NCBI GenBank assembly: GCA_025782575.1
Contig: JALGYY010000035.1
Coordinates: 340,670 to 404,669, forward strand
Source of the DNA: a bacterium
GTDB taxonomy: Bacteria; Orphanbacterota; Orphanbacteria; Orphanbacterales; Orphanbacteraceae
Length of the DNA stretch: 64,000 bases
Direction: 5' to 3'
Part shown: positions 28,996 through 38,228 of the stretch, one piece after another
Position numbering within the stretch: the first letter of the stretch is position 1
Layout of the letters: each line of letters begins with the position of its first letter
Notes under the pieces: generated by a model
Told to the model about the DNA's origin: nothing
Seen by the model: the letters and a program-made list of their open reading frames with translations, nothing else
Database searches by the model: none
Program-made: the position numbers and the translations under genes

Positions 28996-30075
28996 CTAGC
29001 GACCGCTTTTGAGAAATTCCTTGATGGATTGATAGATCTCCTCTTTCGACGAGATCTCGGACAAAACGAGTTTCGGTTCTTCTTCAACCTTCTCCCTCAG
29101 GTCCTTCACGAACTGACCTGTACCGTAGAGGCTCTTCACCTGGCCGTAGGAAAATTGATTAGCCGCGGGAATCAGCTTCTTCTTCAGAAGATCGATGGCG
29201 AGATCCGTGTCGCCCCCACCCCAGTTGTCACCATCGGAAAAGTGAAACGGGTAGATATTCCACTCCGAGACGGGATAATCCCGCTTGATCATGGCTTGAC
29301 ACAGCTCATAGGCGGACGAGATCTTGGTTCCACCACTTTCTCTCGTGTGATAGAAAGTCTCACGGTCCACCTCGCGCGCCACGGCATCGTGAATGATGTA
29401 ACGGGTCTCGATGTTCTTGTATTGCGATCGGAGCCACGTATCGATCCAGAACGACTCGAGCCGCACGATTTCTTTCTGTTCGTCCCCCATCGACCCTGAC
29501 ACATCCATCATGTAGATGACGGCGGCATTCGACTCGGGTTCCTCGACCGTCTTCCACGATCGATAACGACGGTCCTCGCGAATCGGCACGATGACCGGAT
29601 TGTCTTTATCGTAAGAGCCCGACGCGATCTGACGCTTGAGAGCCGCTGCATAAGTTCGCTTAAACTGTCTCAGTGATTCGGGGCCGGTCTTGCGGATCGA
29701 AGTGTACCTGTCCCTGACATTCTCGATCTCCATCTTGCCCCGGGGTTCGATATTGGGAAGCTCGAGTTCCTCCCCCATGATCTTGGCGAGTTCATCGAGT
29801 GAAACCTCCACTTCGAGTATGTGCTGACCCTCGGCATCTCCGGCCTCCGGCGTCACGGCCTCGCCCTCTTCCCCATCTCCCTGGCCGACCCCCCCGGATC
29901 CATTGTCACCGAAGTGGAATCGAGGTATTTCAATCTGCGGAATCGGAATGGAAACGAACTTCTTGCCTTGGCGGCCGATCAGTTCGCCCTTGGTGATATA
30001 TTGCTTGAGGTGCTTCTTGATACTTCCACGCACGATCTTCTTGAATCGCGTGTGGTCACGTCGAATTCTCAGCAC
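28996..30075 (-). CDS. YeaH/DUF444 (UPF0229) family protein
   Basis: vWA-like core ([14 protein letters not shown]) with a YeaH-like N-terminus. GTG start. Confidence 0.85.
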   Translation of the reverse strand: MLRIRRDHTRFKKIVRGSIKKHLKQYITKGELIGRQGKKFVSIPIPQIEIPRFHFGDNGSGGVGQGDGEEGEAVTPEAGDAEGQHILEVEVSLDELAKIMGEELELPNIEPRGKMEIENVRDRYTSIRKTGPESLRQFKRTYAAALKRQIASGSYDKDNPVIVPIREDRRYRSWKTVEEPESNAAVIYMMDVSGSMGDEQKEIVRLESFWIDTWLRSQYKNIETRYIIHDAVAREVDRETFYHTRESGGTKISSAYELCQAMIKRDYPVSEWNIYPFHFSDGDNWGGGDTDLAIDLLKKKLIPAANQFSYGQVKSLYGTGQFVKDLREKVEEEPKLVLSEISSKEEIYQSIKEFLKSGR

Positions 30076-30113
30076 GCCACTCGCCCCCCTCGATCAAACG
30101 AAGCGCGCATCGA

Positions 30114-32150
30114 TCAGCTGCTCTCCTTGATGTCACCTCTCGCGAAGATGGAGGCCACGAAATTGAGCACGTCCGTTGCGCTTGCGTCGTTGTATCCGAA
30201 ATTCTCGATGAGCCGACCCTTGACCACATCAATTTTCTCCTGGGCTTCCTGATCGACCACACTCGATACCAGGCTCGTCAGCTTGATCGTGTCTTTCTGG
30301 TCCTCGAAGAGCTTCAGCTCGAGCGCTTTCTGGAGGCGGGGATTGGCTCGGTAGTCGAACCGTTTCCCATCTACCGCCAGGGCACCGATATAGTTCATGA
30401 TCTCACGGCGAAAGTCGTCTTTCCGGCTCTCGGGAATATCGATCTTTTCCTCAATCGAACGCATCAGGCGCTCATCCGGCTCTTCACTCTGGCCCGTGTA
30501 CTTGTTGCGGACCTTTTCTTTCTGCGTGTACGCTTTTACATTGTCGATGTAGTTGGCACAGAGCTTCATGATCGAGTCCTCGTCCGCCGAAATTGCCCTC
30601 TGCACCTCATTCTTAACAATGTCTTCGTATTCTTCCCTCGCCACAGAAAGGAGCTCGGTGAAGCGTTTTCGCTGTTCCTCCGAACTGATCAATGTGTGAT
30701 GGCGGAGTCCGCTCGCAAGCTCATTCAGAACCATGAACGGGTTCAGATAGTCCTCATCCAGGTCGCTCACCAGGGCGTTCGAGATCTTGTCCTGTATATA
30801 GCGCGGCGAGATTCCCTCCATTCCCTCGTGCACGACTTCCTTCCGCAGCTCTTTAACGTTCTCTTCCGTAAAGCCAGGGAGCGACTTGCCGTCGTACAGC
30901 TTCAGTTTCTGTATGAGGGAAAGCTGCCCCTTCTTAGGATCTTCGAGCCGCGTCAACACGGCCCACATCGCCGCGATTTCGATCGTGTGCGGTGCAATAT
31001 GTTTCGCGATCTTCTTCTCGTTATAGTCCTTGTTGTAGATTCGAATTTCATCGCGAAGCTTGGTAATATAGGGGATATCGATTTTCACAGTCCTGTCACG
31101 AAGAGCCTCCATGTACTCGTTCTTCTGAAGTTTCTTGAACTCGGGCTCGTTCGTGTGGCCGATGATCACCTCGTCAATATCGGTCTGTGGGAATTTCTTC
31201 GGCTTGATCTTGTGTTCCTGGGAGGCTCCGAGCAGATCGTACAGGAATGCGACATCGAGTTTCAAAACCTCGACGAACTCGACAATACCCCGGTTCGCAA
31301 CGTTGAACTCGCCGTCGAAATTGAATGCCCGCGGGTCGGAATCGGATCCGTATTCCGCGATCTTCCTGTAATTGATATCCCCGGTGAGCTCCGTGGAATC
31401 CTGGTTTTTTTCGTCCTTTGGTTGGAACGTGCCGATGCCGACTCTGTCTTTTTCGGAAATCAGGAGACGCTTGACGACGATGTGATCGAGTACCCGGGAC
31501 CAGTCACCTTTGTACTCATCCAAGTATCGGGCGTACTGAAAGCGGCAGAAAGGATTCAAATCCCCGGCGATCACAATAGGATAGGGGACCCGCTCTGCGA
31601 GCTCTTCGATCAGCCCCGCCCGAGCCTCATCAGGCAGAAGACGGATGGGATCTTCATGCATGGGGGACCATTCGATCTGGCCGGTTTCGGGGTCCTTCCA
31701 GCCATATGTATACAGAGCCCCCTCAGGTATTCGTGAATAGGCTTCCAGTCCATGCTTCAGCAAGCGGACAATTGTCGACTTCGAACTACCCACCGGCCCG
31801 TGAAGGAGAAGAATTCGCTTCTCAGGCCCATAGCCGAGCGCGGCCGCTTTAAATATCTTAATGAGCTTCATGAGGGGGAGATCGAGCCCGAAGACAGCGT
31901 CAGCCCCACGGTTCATGGGATCACTGAAGAAATTATAGTGGATGATATTCTTTTTGCTGTCCTGGTACTCCTTGGTTCCGTAGGAGAGCACCATGTCATA
32001 GACACGTTGATAGGCAGTGCGGAGAACGCTCGGATTGTCATAGACAATGTTCAGATAATCTACGAAGTTTCCGGTCCAGTTGAGTTGCTCGTACCGATCA
32101 ACACTCTGGGCCGCTCGAGCCTTCTGAATTAAATCCTGGCCTCTGGACAT
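30114..32150 (-). CDS. prkA: PrkA-family serine protein kinase (YeaG-like AAA+ kinase)
   Basis: 678 aa with Walker A ([13 protein letters not shown]) and PrkA C-terminal domains. AGGAGGGG RBS. Confidence 0.9.
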   Translation of the reverse strand: MSRGQDLIQKARAAQSVDRYEQLNWTGNFVDYLNIVYDNPSVLRTAYQRVYDMVLSYGTKEYQDSKKNIIHYNFFSDPMNRGADAVFGLDLPLMKLIKIFKAAALGYGPEKRILLLHGPVGSSKSTIVRLLKHGLEAYSRIPEGALYTYGWKDPETGQIEWSPMHEDPIRLLPDEARAGLIEELAERVPYPIVIAGDLNPFCRFQYARYLDEYKGDWSRVLDHIVVKRLLISEKDRVGIGTFQPKDEKNQDSTELTGDINYRKIAEYGSDSDPRAFNFDGEFNVANRGIVEFVEVLKLDVAFLYDLLGASQEHKIKPKKFPQTDIDEVIIGHTNEPEFKKLQKNEYMEALRDRTVKIDIPYITKLRDEIRIYNKDYNEKKIAKHIAPHTIEIAAMWAVLTRLEDPKKGQLSLIQKLKLYDGKSLPGFTEENVKELRKEVVHEGMEGISPRYIQDKISNALVSDLDEDYLNPFMVLNELASGLRHHTLISSEEQRKRFTELLSVAREEYEDIVKNEVQRAISADEDSIMKLCANYIDNVKAYTQKEKVRNKYTGQSEEPDERLMRSIEEKIDIPESRKDDFRREIMNYIGALAVDGKRFDYRANPRLQKALELKLFEDQKDTIKLTSLVSSVVDQEAQEKIDVVKGRLIENFGYNDASATDVLNFVASIFARGDIKESS

Positions 32151-32343
32151 AGTATATTGCCCCTCCTGACATGCGAGACGTTGGAGACTACTCTACTCCA
32201 TTTGTATCCGCCTATCGGCGTTTCGCGCACAATTCTTTAACATTCCGCTACATTTCACTGTTTCTTATCCTCCATTCCTCCCTTTCACCCCCATCCAGTG
32301 ATCCCGGTTCGGGTTAACCGAATAGATGCTTCGATTGCAGCCT

Positions 32344-32378
32344 AAAAAAAAGGGGTGAAGCCTCATGGCTCCACCCCT
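32344..32378 (-). terminator. rho-independent terminator
   Basis: Minus-strand hairpin GGGGTGGAGCC-ATGA-GGCTTCACCCC followed by TTTTTTTT, directly after the stop of the Cys-rich protein gene. Confidence 0.65.
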
Positions 32379-32406
32379 TGAATCTAAAACTTGAAGTATA
32401 CGCAGA

Positions 32407-32952
32407 TCAGACTTTCGGAGGACAACCCGCCGTCTTGCACAGGACTTCGCAACCGTTTCCGCCGCTCGTGCAATCCTTGAGGAGATCCGCATACACGGCG
32501 TTACCACTCGTGCCGGCAAACTCCAGGTAACAGCCGTCTTTTCCCTTGAAAACCTCGGCTTTGAGATCGTGATCGACAGCAAGCTTGGTGGCAACTGTCT
32601 CCATCCAGCCATGGATGCTGTCGGAATCTCCGAGGACATAGATGCGGAGACCGTTCTCGGTCTGCACGGCTTTCATGGTACATGCCTGCTCACTTCCGTA
32701 ATTGCACTTGGCAGCGGCGGCGCTCTTCGTGCCGCATAACGCTCCTGCCTTCTTAATGGAACCACAGGAAGCACTCGCCTTGAGGCCCTGGGCCTTTGCG
32801 GAACAGCAGCCGGACGCGCTCTTCTTCGCGCTGCAGGAGCTGGACTTGCCGTCGCTCTGATAGAAGACGCCGGAATCGGCCGTCGCGAAGGCCAGGCCTA
32901 GGACCGCCGGGACGGCGAGTAGAAGCAGGATGCGCTTGCCGGGAAATTTCAT
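32407..32952 (-). CDS. secreted cysteine-rich protein, hypothetical
   Basis: Signal peptide, then an S/A/K/C-rich segment (SSSCSAKKSASGCCSAKAQGLKASASCGSIKKAGALCGTKSAAAAKC), a globular C-terminal domain and a terminal CKTAGCPPKV. AGGAGA RBS. Confidence 0.5.
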   Translation of the reverse strand: MKFPGKRILLLLAVPAVLGLAFATADSGVFYQSDGKSSSCSAKKSASGCCSAKAQGLKASASCGSIKKAGALCGTKSAAAAKCNYGSEQACTMKAVQTENGLRIYVLGDSDSIHGWMETVATKLAVDHDLKAEVFKGKDGCYLEFAGTSGNAVYADLLKDCTSGGNGCEVLCKTAGCPPKV

Positions 32953-33054
32953 GTAATTTATCTCCTGTCGGTTTAAGGGGTTACAGTTTTTCGATCAAGG
33001 TTATTATGCAATCAGAGGCGGAGAGTGACCTATCTCCCTGCCAATTGTCAAGTT

Positions 33055-34092
33055 TCATCGGTGGCCGCGACTCTTTGTGCCGCCTGACCTCCCGCCTCCT
33101 CCGGATCGGCCGGGCGCTTTGCTCCCGCCGGCGTGTCCCGATCGGGATGTTCGGCCCGACCTCGAGATCTTGGAGCCGCTGCTGCCCCGGCTTGACGACG
33201 GCCGATCGACTCGCGCGCTGCTCTTCCCACCTGTCCGGCGAGTCCGACCTACCTGTGCGGACTCTCGTGTTCCTCTGGACCGGCTCCCCCGTTGAACTTT
33301 CGTTCCGGACGAGCGTGTGCTCCGTTCCGTCACATAACGATGCGATGAGGCTCGGGATCTTGTGGTTCTGAACTTCGACCGGCTCGAACTTGTGCGGCTC
33401 GCCGCCGCCACGGTTCGGGTCCTCCGATCCTTGCCATAGGAAGAACGGTAGGCCGTCTCGTAAGTGCGGCCGCCTCCGGGCGTGTTGTAGTGGTGATCAT
33501 TATGGTGACCGTACTGGTATCCATAGTGATGCCCCCACTGTTGGCCGTAATACCAGCTGACATAGAGCCCGGTGGAGTAGTACGGATAGTATGGGTAATA
33601 TGAGGAATAGTAATACGAATAAGGGTCATGATGCCACGAAGCGTAATACCATGGATCGTACCAGAACCAGTCCCAGTACCAGGGATCGTTCGCCCAGGTG
33701 TTTCGGGGGACCGCGTAGGGCACAAGGGCGATATCGACTGAGCTCGGACTGTCATACCGGTTGTAGCCGATCTCCGCAGGAATTTCGCTCTTCTCTTCTT
33801 CCAGCTCGATATCGGACGGAGGAGTTTCCCTCAGGCCGTTATATTCCGATGAGCGGATCATCGCTTCGATTACGCTCTCAGGAACTCCTTCCTCTTTCAG
33901 TTCCAGAATGTCGTCCGCTGTCAGTTCGAACGATTTGCCGCTTGCTTCGATCTGTGCAATGACGACACGTTCACCGACTCCCGCCTCGAGCAGCAGGATC
34001 ACTTCATCGATATCGAAGTCGACAGCCTGAACATCGGGAGAGATCAGAAAGAACAGAGGGAGAATCAAGATCCAGGGCAAGCGCCTATACAT
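33055..34092 (-). CDS. secreted low-complexity protein: tandem helical repeats + Trp/Tyr/His-rich segment + Arg/Ser/Gly-rich basic tail
   Basis: Signal peptide MYRRLPWILILPLFFLISPDVQA after an AGGAG RBS. About 70 aa are W/Y/H/P/D/S only (PWYWDWFWYDPWYYASWHHDPYSYYYSSYYPYY). About 150 aa are R/S/G/T-rich. Confidence 0.6.
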   Translation of the reverse strand: MYRRLPWILILPLFFLISPDVQAVDFDIDEVILLLEAGVGERVVIAQIEASGKSFELTADDILELKEEGVPESVIEAMIRSSEYNGLRETPPSDIELEEEKSEIPAEIGYNRYDSPSSVDIALVPYAVPRNTWANDPWYWDWFWYDPWYYASWHHDPYSYYYSSYYPYYPYYSTGLYVSWYYGQQWGHHYGYQYGHHNDHHYNTPGGGRTYETAYRSSYGKDRRTRTVAAASRTSSSRSKFRTTRSRASSHRYVTERSTRSSGTKVQRGSRSRGTRESAQVGRTRRTGGKSSARVDRPSSSRGSSGSKISRSGRTSRSGHAGGSKAPGRSGGGGRSGGTKSRGHR

Positions 34093-34282
34093 GACCGGAC
34101 TCCTGGAAGGGGTAAATGCAATCGTCAAGATGACCATACCTCAGAACCTGTGAAATTGCAAGGGCTTCTGGGGACTGACACCCTCGGGACGCCTCCCCTC
34201 CCTCGCCCGGGCACTCTTCGAATCCGGGCACTCCGGACACTCCGAGTTTCGGCGGGCGCCCCTCTTTATTGAAACACGGAAA

Positions 34283-34312
34283 GGCGCCGGAAGGATCCCT
34301 CCCGGCGCCAGA
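34283..34312 (-). terminator. putative terminator hairpin (GGCGCCGG-loop-CCGGCGCC)
   Basis: Perfect 8-bp stem directly downstream of the 34340 gene. The T-tract is weak. Confidence 0.3.
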
Positions 34313-34339
34313 ATCGTATCAGTTGTTCAGTCCGGTCGC

Positions 34340-34588
34340 TTATCCCCTGCGGTACATCCAGTGCCCCGGCACCCAGCGATATCCGATCCGGGGCCCGCAC
34401 CAGGTCCAGTCTCCGGCTACCCAGGTCGCCTGTGCCCTGCAGAGGGCCGGCCGTGGAGCCTGCTTGACCACCACCACTGTCCTGATCGGTCGGTGGGAAT
34501 ATCGCCGGCCGCGATGGGCATCCGCCACGGTAGTGGTCAGAAGGAGTGCGGTCAGCGCTACAAGCCCGATTATCGTATTGCGTATCAT
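34340..34588 (-). CDS. small secreted protein with two WxxGxW motifs
   Basis: Signal peptide MIRNTIIGLVALTALLLTTTVADA after a GGAGGAGG RBS. WVAGDW and WVPGHW match the WXXGXW repeat family pattern. Confidence 0.55.
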   Translation of the reverse strand: MIRNTIIGLVALTALLLTTTVADAHRGRRYSHRPIRTVVVVKQAPRPALCRAQATWVAGDWTWCGPRIGYRWVPGHWMYRRG

Positions 34589-34626
34589 CTGGTCCTCCTC
34601 CATTTCAATTCGGTCTCTATTGCACA

Positions 34627-34968
34627 CTAGTAGTGAATCGCCCAGGCGTTACCGTCATAGTCGGCGTCGTCATTCATCAACGTCTCCTCCGTAAGGACGC
34701 CGACGGCCACGTGCATGCGACCGGGAATGTCTGAAACGGCATAGATCCCCGAGTATGTTCCGTCACCGTTGTTCGTCATCTCGATCCCCCTGTGGTTCAC
34801 ATGCAGAAACGCGAGATAGGCGGACTCGCCGGTTTCGACCGTTACTTCGATCTCGGCTTCATCGGTGAGCTCCGTCGCGGCCGGTGCCAGCGAACTGCTC
34901 GAGCCGTTGCAACCGGTGGCGAGAAAAACCGCTGCGGCGAGAAGAAGTGCTTGGAATGTCCAGCGCAT
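34627..34968 (-). CDS. lipoprotein, hypothetical
   Basis: Lipobox FLATGC after signal peptide MRWTFQALLLAAAV. Confidence 0.55.
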   Translation of the reverse strand: MRWTFQALLLAAAVFLATGCNGSSSSLAPAATELTDEAEIEVTVETGESAYLAFLHVNHRGIEMTNNGDGTYSGIYAVSDIPGRMHVAVGVLTEETLMNDDADYDGNAWAIHY

Positions 34969-35226
34969 ATTGTTACCTCCTCTTGCGTTGTTGTGAGAAC
35001 TGACTCTCAGAGGGAGCAACGGATGTGCCATGAAGAAAGAACTGCATAAGCTACTGGGATCGAATTAATTAGGAAGGTGGGGCACGAGAAGAGTCTCAGG
35101 AGAGATGAACCGATTCGAGCGGGTGGCTTTGTCAGGTGTTCGAAGTGGAACGAAAAACCGGCCCGATACCCCTCTGGGCGATCCGGACCGGTTCTCGAGT
35201 TTTTCGGACGTCTCCCAGGCGGTAGC

Positions 35227-35397
35227 CTAAAGGTCCTGCGGCTTCAGCGTCTTCCGGTTGTTCGCAACGGCGCGCTTCTCGGCCTTCGCGATCAAGGAGC
35301 GTACTTCCCTGTCCAGAGCATCGTAGAAATCGCTCGAGACGTTGCAGTTCTCGGCTGCGGCTTTCGTCCGGCTCTTCGAAATGATTAGATCTGCCAT
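35227..35397 (-). CDS. bacterial histone-fold protein (HBb/DUF1931-like singlet histone, 56 aa)
   Basis: MADLIISKSRTKAAAENCNVSSDFYDALDREVRSLIAKAEKRAVANNRKTLKPQDL. The architecture and the C-terminal RKTxxxxDL match archaeal HMf (RKTIKAEDI) and the Bdellovibrio HBb histone. GGGAGGG RBS 7 nt upstream. Confidence 0.6.
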   Translation of the reverse strand: MADLIISKSRTKAAAENCNVSSDFYDALDREVRSLIAKAEKRAVANNRKTLKPQDL

Positions 35398-35500
35398 ACC
35401 TATACCCTCCCGAAATATCCACTGGAGACGGGGCCCTTCCCCGTTCTCCCGCCTATAATTCCGACGCACCGGGGGTCTGTCAACGAAAAAAACGCCTGAT

Positions 35501-37480
35501 TCAAGGTCGAGAGGCCGTCTCGCGGTATTCCTTGGCCCGGGGTGCGGAGACGGTTCGCAGGAGAGTGATCCCGGCAGCACCCAGGAGCAGGGCGCCCACG
35601 ACTGTCTGAGTCGAGACTTCATCGATAAGAGCCAACCCTTCGAAACGGCCACCCAGCAGCACAGTTGCGTTGTACAGGATGTGAAGCACCATGGGCGGTA
35701 CGATCGATCGACTTCTGTAGGCGAGAACGCCCGCAACGATTCCCATGATCGCCGTCGGCAGGAGCCGGTAGATGCTCAGGTGGAACAGGCCGAAGAAAAG
35801 ACCGCCCACCAGAATCGCCTTCCAGGGCTCCATCCCTCTCTCATGACGTCCCAGGATCAGCCCGCGAAAAAAGAGCTCCTCACAGATCCCGGGACTCACT
35901 GCAATTGCAAACAGGAGCATGGGGAGGCCCCCACCACCGATATCCAGAAGCCCCTCCATCTCCTTGAAGAGCTGCTCGGGTACGGGAAGGAAACGGCTTT
36001 GCAGGTGGAACATGAGGTTTGCGGCAAACAGTGTGGGAAGCGCCAGCAGGGCAGCCGCCACTACATGACCGACGGCCGGAAGCCTGAGACGAAACGTGTC
36101 AAGGTACGGAAGCTGATAGTACCGGGCGAACAGGAGTGACGGAATCAGAAGCAGTCCCCAAAGCGTCAGAAGCAGGCCGCTCAGCAGATCGTAGGCCTGA
36201 ATTGTGCTTCCGACGTAATAGAGAAGCAGCAGTTGTATGAAATAGAAAACATTGACTTCCCTGACCAGGGACCGATCGGCGCCCCGAGCCGGAGAGATTG
36301 AAGGAGCTGGGCCAAGTACAACCGCTTCACTCTCGAGATAGGAAACCGCTTTTCGGAGAACGATCACCGCGCAAATCGCATTCGAAAGAAAGACGGCGAT
36401 CAGGGGGAGGACGGGGAAGTTTCCGAGCAGCGCCTCCCGGACGGCGAGCGAAACGTTGGCGATCGGAGCGAACGCCGCCACGGAATCAAGACGGATTCCT
36501 GGCAGAAGCGCAATAGCGGCAGGCACGATCGAAAGAAGCATAATCGGCATGAGGAGGGTCTGTGCTTCCCGATAAGTCCTTGCATGACTTGCCGTCAGAA
36601 CAAGTACCGCGCTCAGAAAGATCGCCAGCGGCAGTGTAACGAGAACGACCACGAGTCCTGTCCCGGGCGAAAGCTCGAGAGAGGCCCGCGCCGCCGCCCC
36701 TCCCGTCAGTCCGAGTTTGATGGCGACGAAGTTCGAGACGAGAAAGAGGATGACCGAAGTGATCGCCATGAGAACGACAGCGAGGAACTTTCCCGCCACG
36801 ACCGACCTCCTGTCAGCGAGCGAAGTGAGCAACGTCTCGATCGTTCGTCGTTCCTTCTCACCGCTGAAGAGATCAACCGCTATGACCGAGGCGCCGTTCA
36901 TGAGAATGAGAACGAGAAAAATCGGGAAGATACGGCCGAATTTACTCCCCGCCATTCGCTCTTCTGAAGCGATGTTGGTCTCCTCCACATCGACCACAAG
37001 ATCCAGGTCGGCCGGAGCGCCGATTTCCTGGAGCCGTTCCCGGCGGAGTTCCCCCCTCCAGGAATCCACATGGTCCCGTATACGCTCCCGGGCCAGGCGG
37101 GACAGTTCCTTCGACCCATCGTAGAGAATCGAGATCTCCGTGGATGAATTCCCCTTTGTCGGGAATGTCGCAGGCAAGATGACGGACGCCTGTAATTCTT
37201 CCCGCCGAATGGACTGCTCGAAATTACTGGTCTCGCGGATTTCGATCAGATGATCTTCTTCGATTCTCTTTCGGAAACTGCGATCGGATCCGTCGATCGC
37301 CACCCAGACCGTTTCGTCTTCAAGGCCCTTTTCCCGCATCTCTTCGAGTCGTTGCTGGCCGAACAGGAGAACGGGAAAGAACGCGATGGGAAAAACGATC
37401 GTGGCGATAATACTCCGCCGATCACGCAGGATGTCGATCGCTTCCTTGCGGAATACGATGCCGGTGTCGCGGAGATTCAC
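35501..37480 (-). CDS. ABC-2 family permease fused to a C-terminal CPBP (CAAX/Abi) intramembrane metalloprotease domain
   Basis: N-terminal roughly 400 aa is an ABC-2 permease (large extracytoplasmic loop after TM1). C-terminal EELFFRG...FGLFHL...HILYN are CPBP motifs 1-3. ATGA overlap with the ATPase gene. Confidence 0.75.
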   Translation of the reverse strand: MNLRDTGIVFRKEAIDILRDRRSIIATIVFPIAFFPVLLFGQQRLEEMREKGLEDETVWVAIDGSDRSFRKRIEEDHLIEIRETSNFEQSIRREELQASVILPATFPTKGNSSTEISILYDGSKELSRLARERIRDHVDSWRGELRRERLQEIGAPADLDLVVDVEETNIASEERMAGSKFGRIFPIFLVLILMNGASVIAVDLFSGEKERRTIETLLTSLADRRSVVAGKFLAVVLMAITSVILFLVSNFVAIKLGLTGGAAARASLELSPGTGLVVVLVTLPLAIFLSAVLVLTASHARTYREAQTLLMPIMLLSIVPAAIALLPGIRLDSVAAFAPIANVSLAVREALLGNFPVLPLIAVFLSNAICAVIVLRKAVSYLESEAVVLGPAPSISPARGADRSLVREVNVFYFIQLLLLYYVGSTIQAYDLLSGLLLTLWGLLLIPSLLFARYYQLPYLDTFRLRLPAVGHVVAAALLALPTLFAANLMFHLQSRFLPVPEQLFKEMEGLLDIGGGGLPMLLFAIAVSPGICEELFFRGLILGRHERGMEPWKAILVGGLFFGLFHLSIYRLLPTAIMGIVAGVLAYRSRSIVPPMVLHILYNATVLLGGRFEGLALIDEVSTQTVVGALLLGAAGITLLRTVSAPRAKEYRETASRP

Positions 37481-38226
37481 GCCGGATTGCCTCGCATGAG
37501 TGAGCGGAATATTTTTTCAAGGAAACGCTCGCCTGTCTTTTCACGGAGGCCGTCGAGCGTGTCAACTGCAAGAATTTCGCCCCGGTCAATGATCCCGATT
37601 CGATCGCAGAGCCGCTCGGCTTCACTCATGATGTGGGTGGAGAACACGACACACTTCCCGGCCGAACGGCACTCTTCGATGAAAGTGAGAAGGGTGTCCG
37701 CCACGATGATATCAAGCCCGGACGTAGGTTCGTCAAATATCAGAATCGGTGGATCGTGAACGACCGCGCGAGCGATGGAGACTTTCTGTTTCATTCCGGT
37801 GGATAGTTTTTCGCAACGAACGTCCGAGAATTCTTCCATGTCGAACAACCGGACAAGCTCGTCAATACGGGAATGCAACCGATCGTCCGGAAACCGATTC
37901 AACTGGCCGAAGTATCGGAGGATTTCTCTCGGTGTGAGCCTGTCGTAGAGACCTGTCTCGCCGGACAGATAGCCGATCGATGCGCGCACACGTTCCGGCT
38001 CTCTGATGACATCGTACCCGTTCAGGGTGGCCGTTCCGCCGGAAGGCTTCAGGATGGTCGAGAGGAGTCGGAGGGTCGTCGTCTTGCCGGCGCCGTTCGG
38101 GCCGAGCAGGCCGAAGATCTCACCTTTGACACACTCGAAGCTCACCTGGTTCGCGGCGATGATCTCCCCGCGCCGCTTGTCGTGATAACGTTTGACCAGG
38201 CGATCAGCGGCAATCATGACCGACAT
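37477..38226 (-). CDS. ABC transporter ATP-binding protein
   Basis: Walker A GPNGAGKTT, signature LSTGMKQK, Walker B ILIFDEP. Confidence 0.9.
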   Translation of the reverse strand: MSVMIAADRLVKRYHDKRRGEIIAANQVSFECVKGEIFGLLGPNGAGKTTTLRLLSTILKPSGGTATLNGYDVIREPERVRASIGYLSGETGLYDRLTPREILRYFGQLNRFPDDRLHSRIDELVRLFDMEEFSDVRCEKLSTGMKQKVSIARAVVHDPPILIFDEPTSGLDIIVADTLLTFIEECRSAGKCVVFSTHIMSEAERLCDRIGIIDRGEILAVDTLDGLREKTGERFLEKIFRSLMRGNPA

Positions 38227-38228
38227 GA

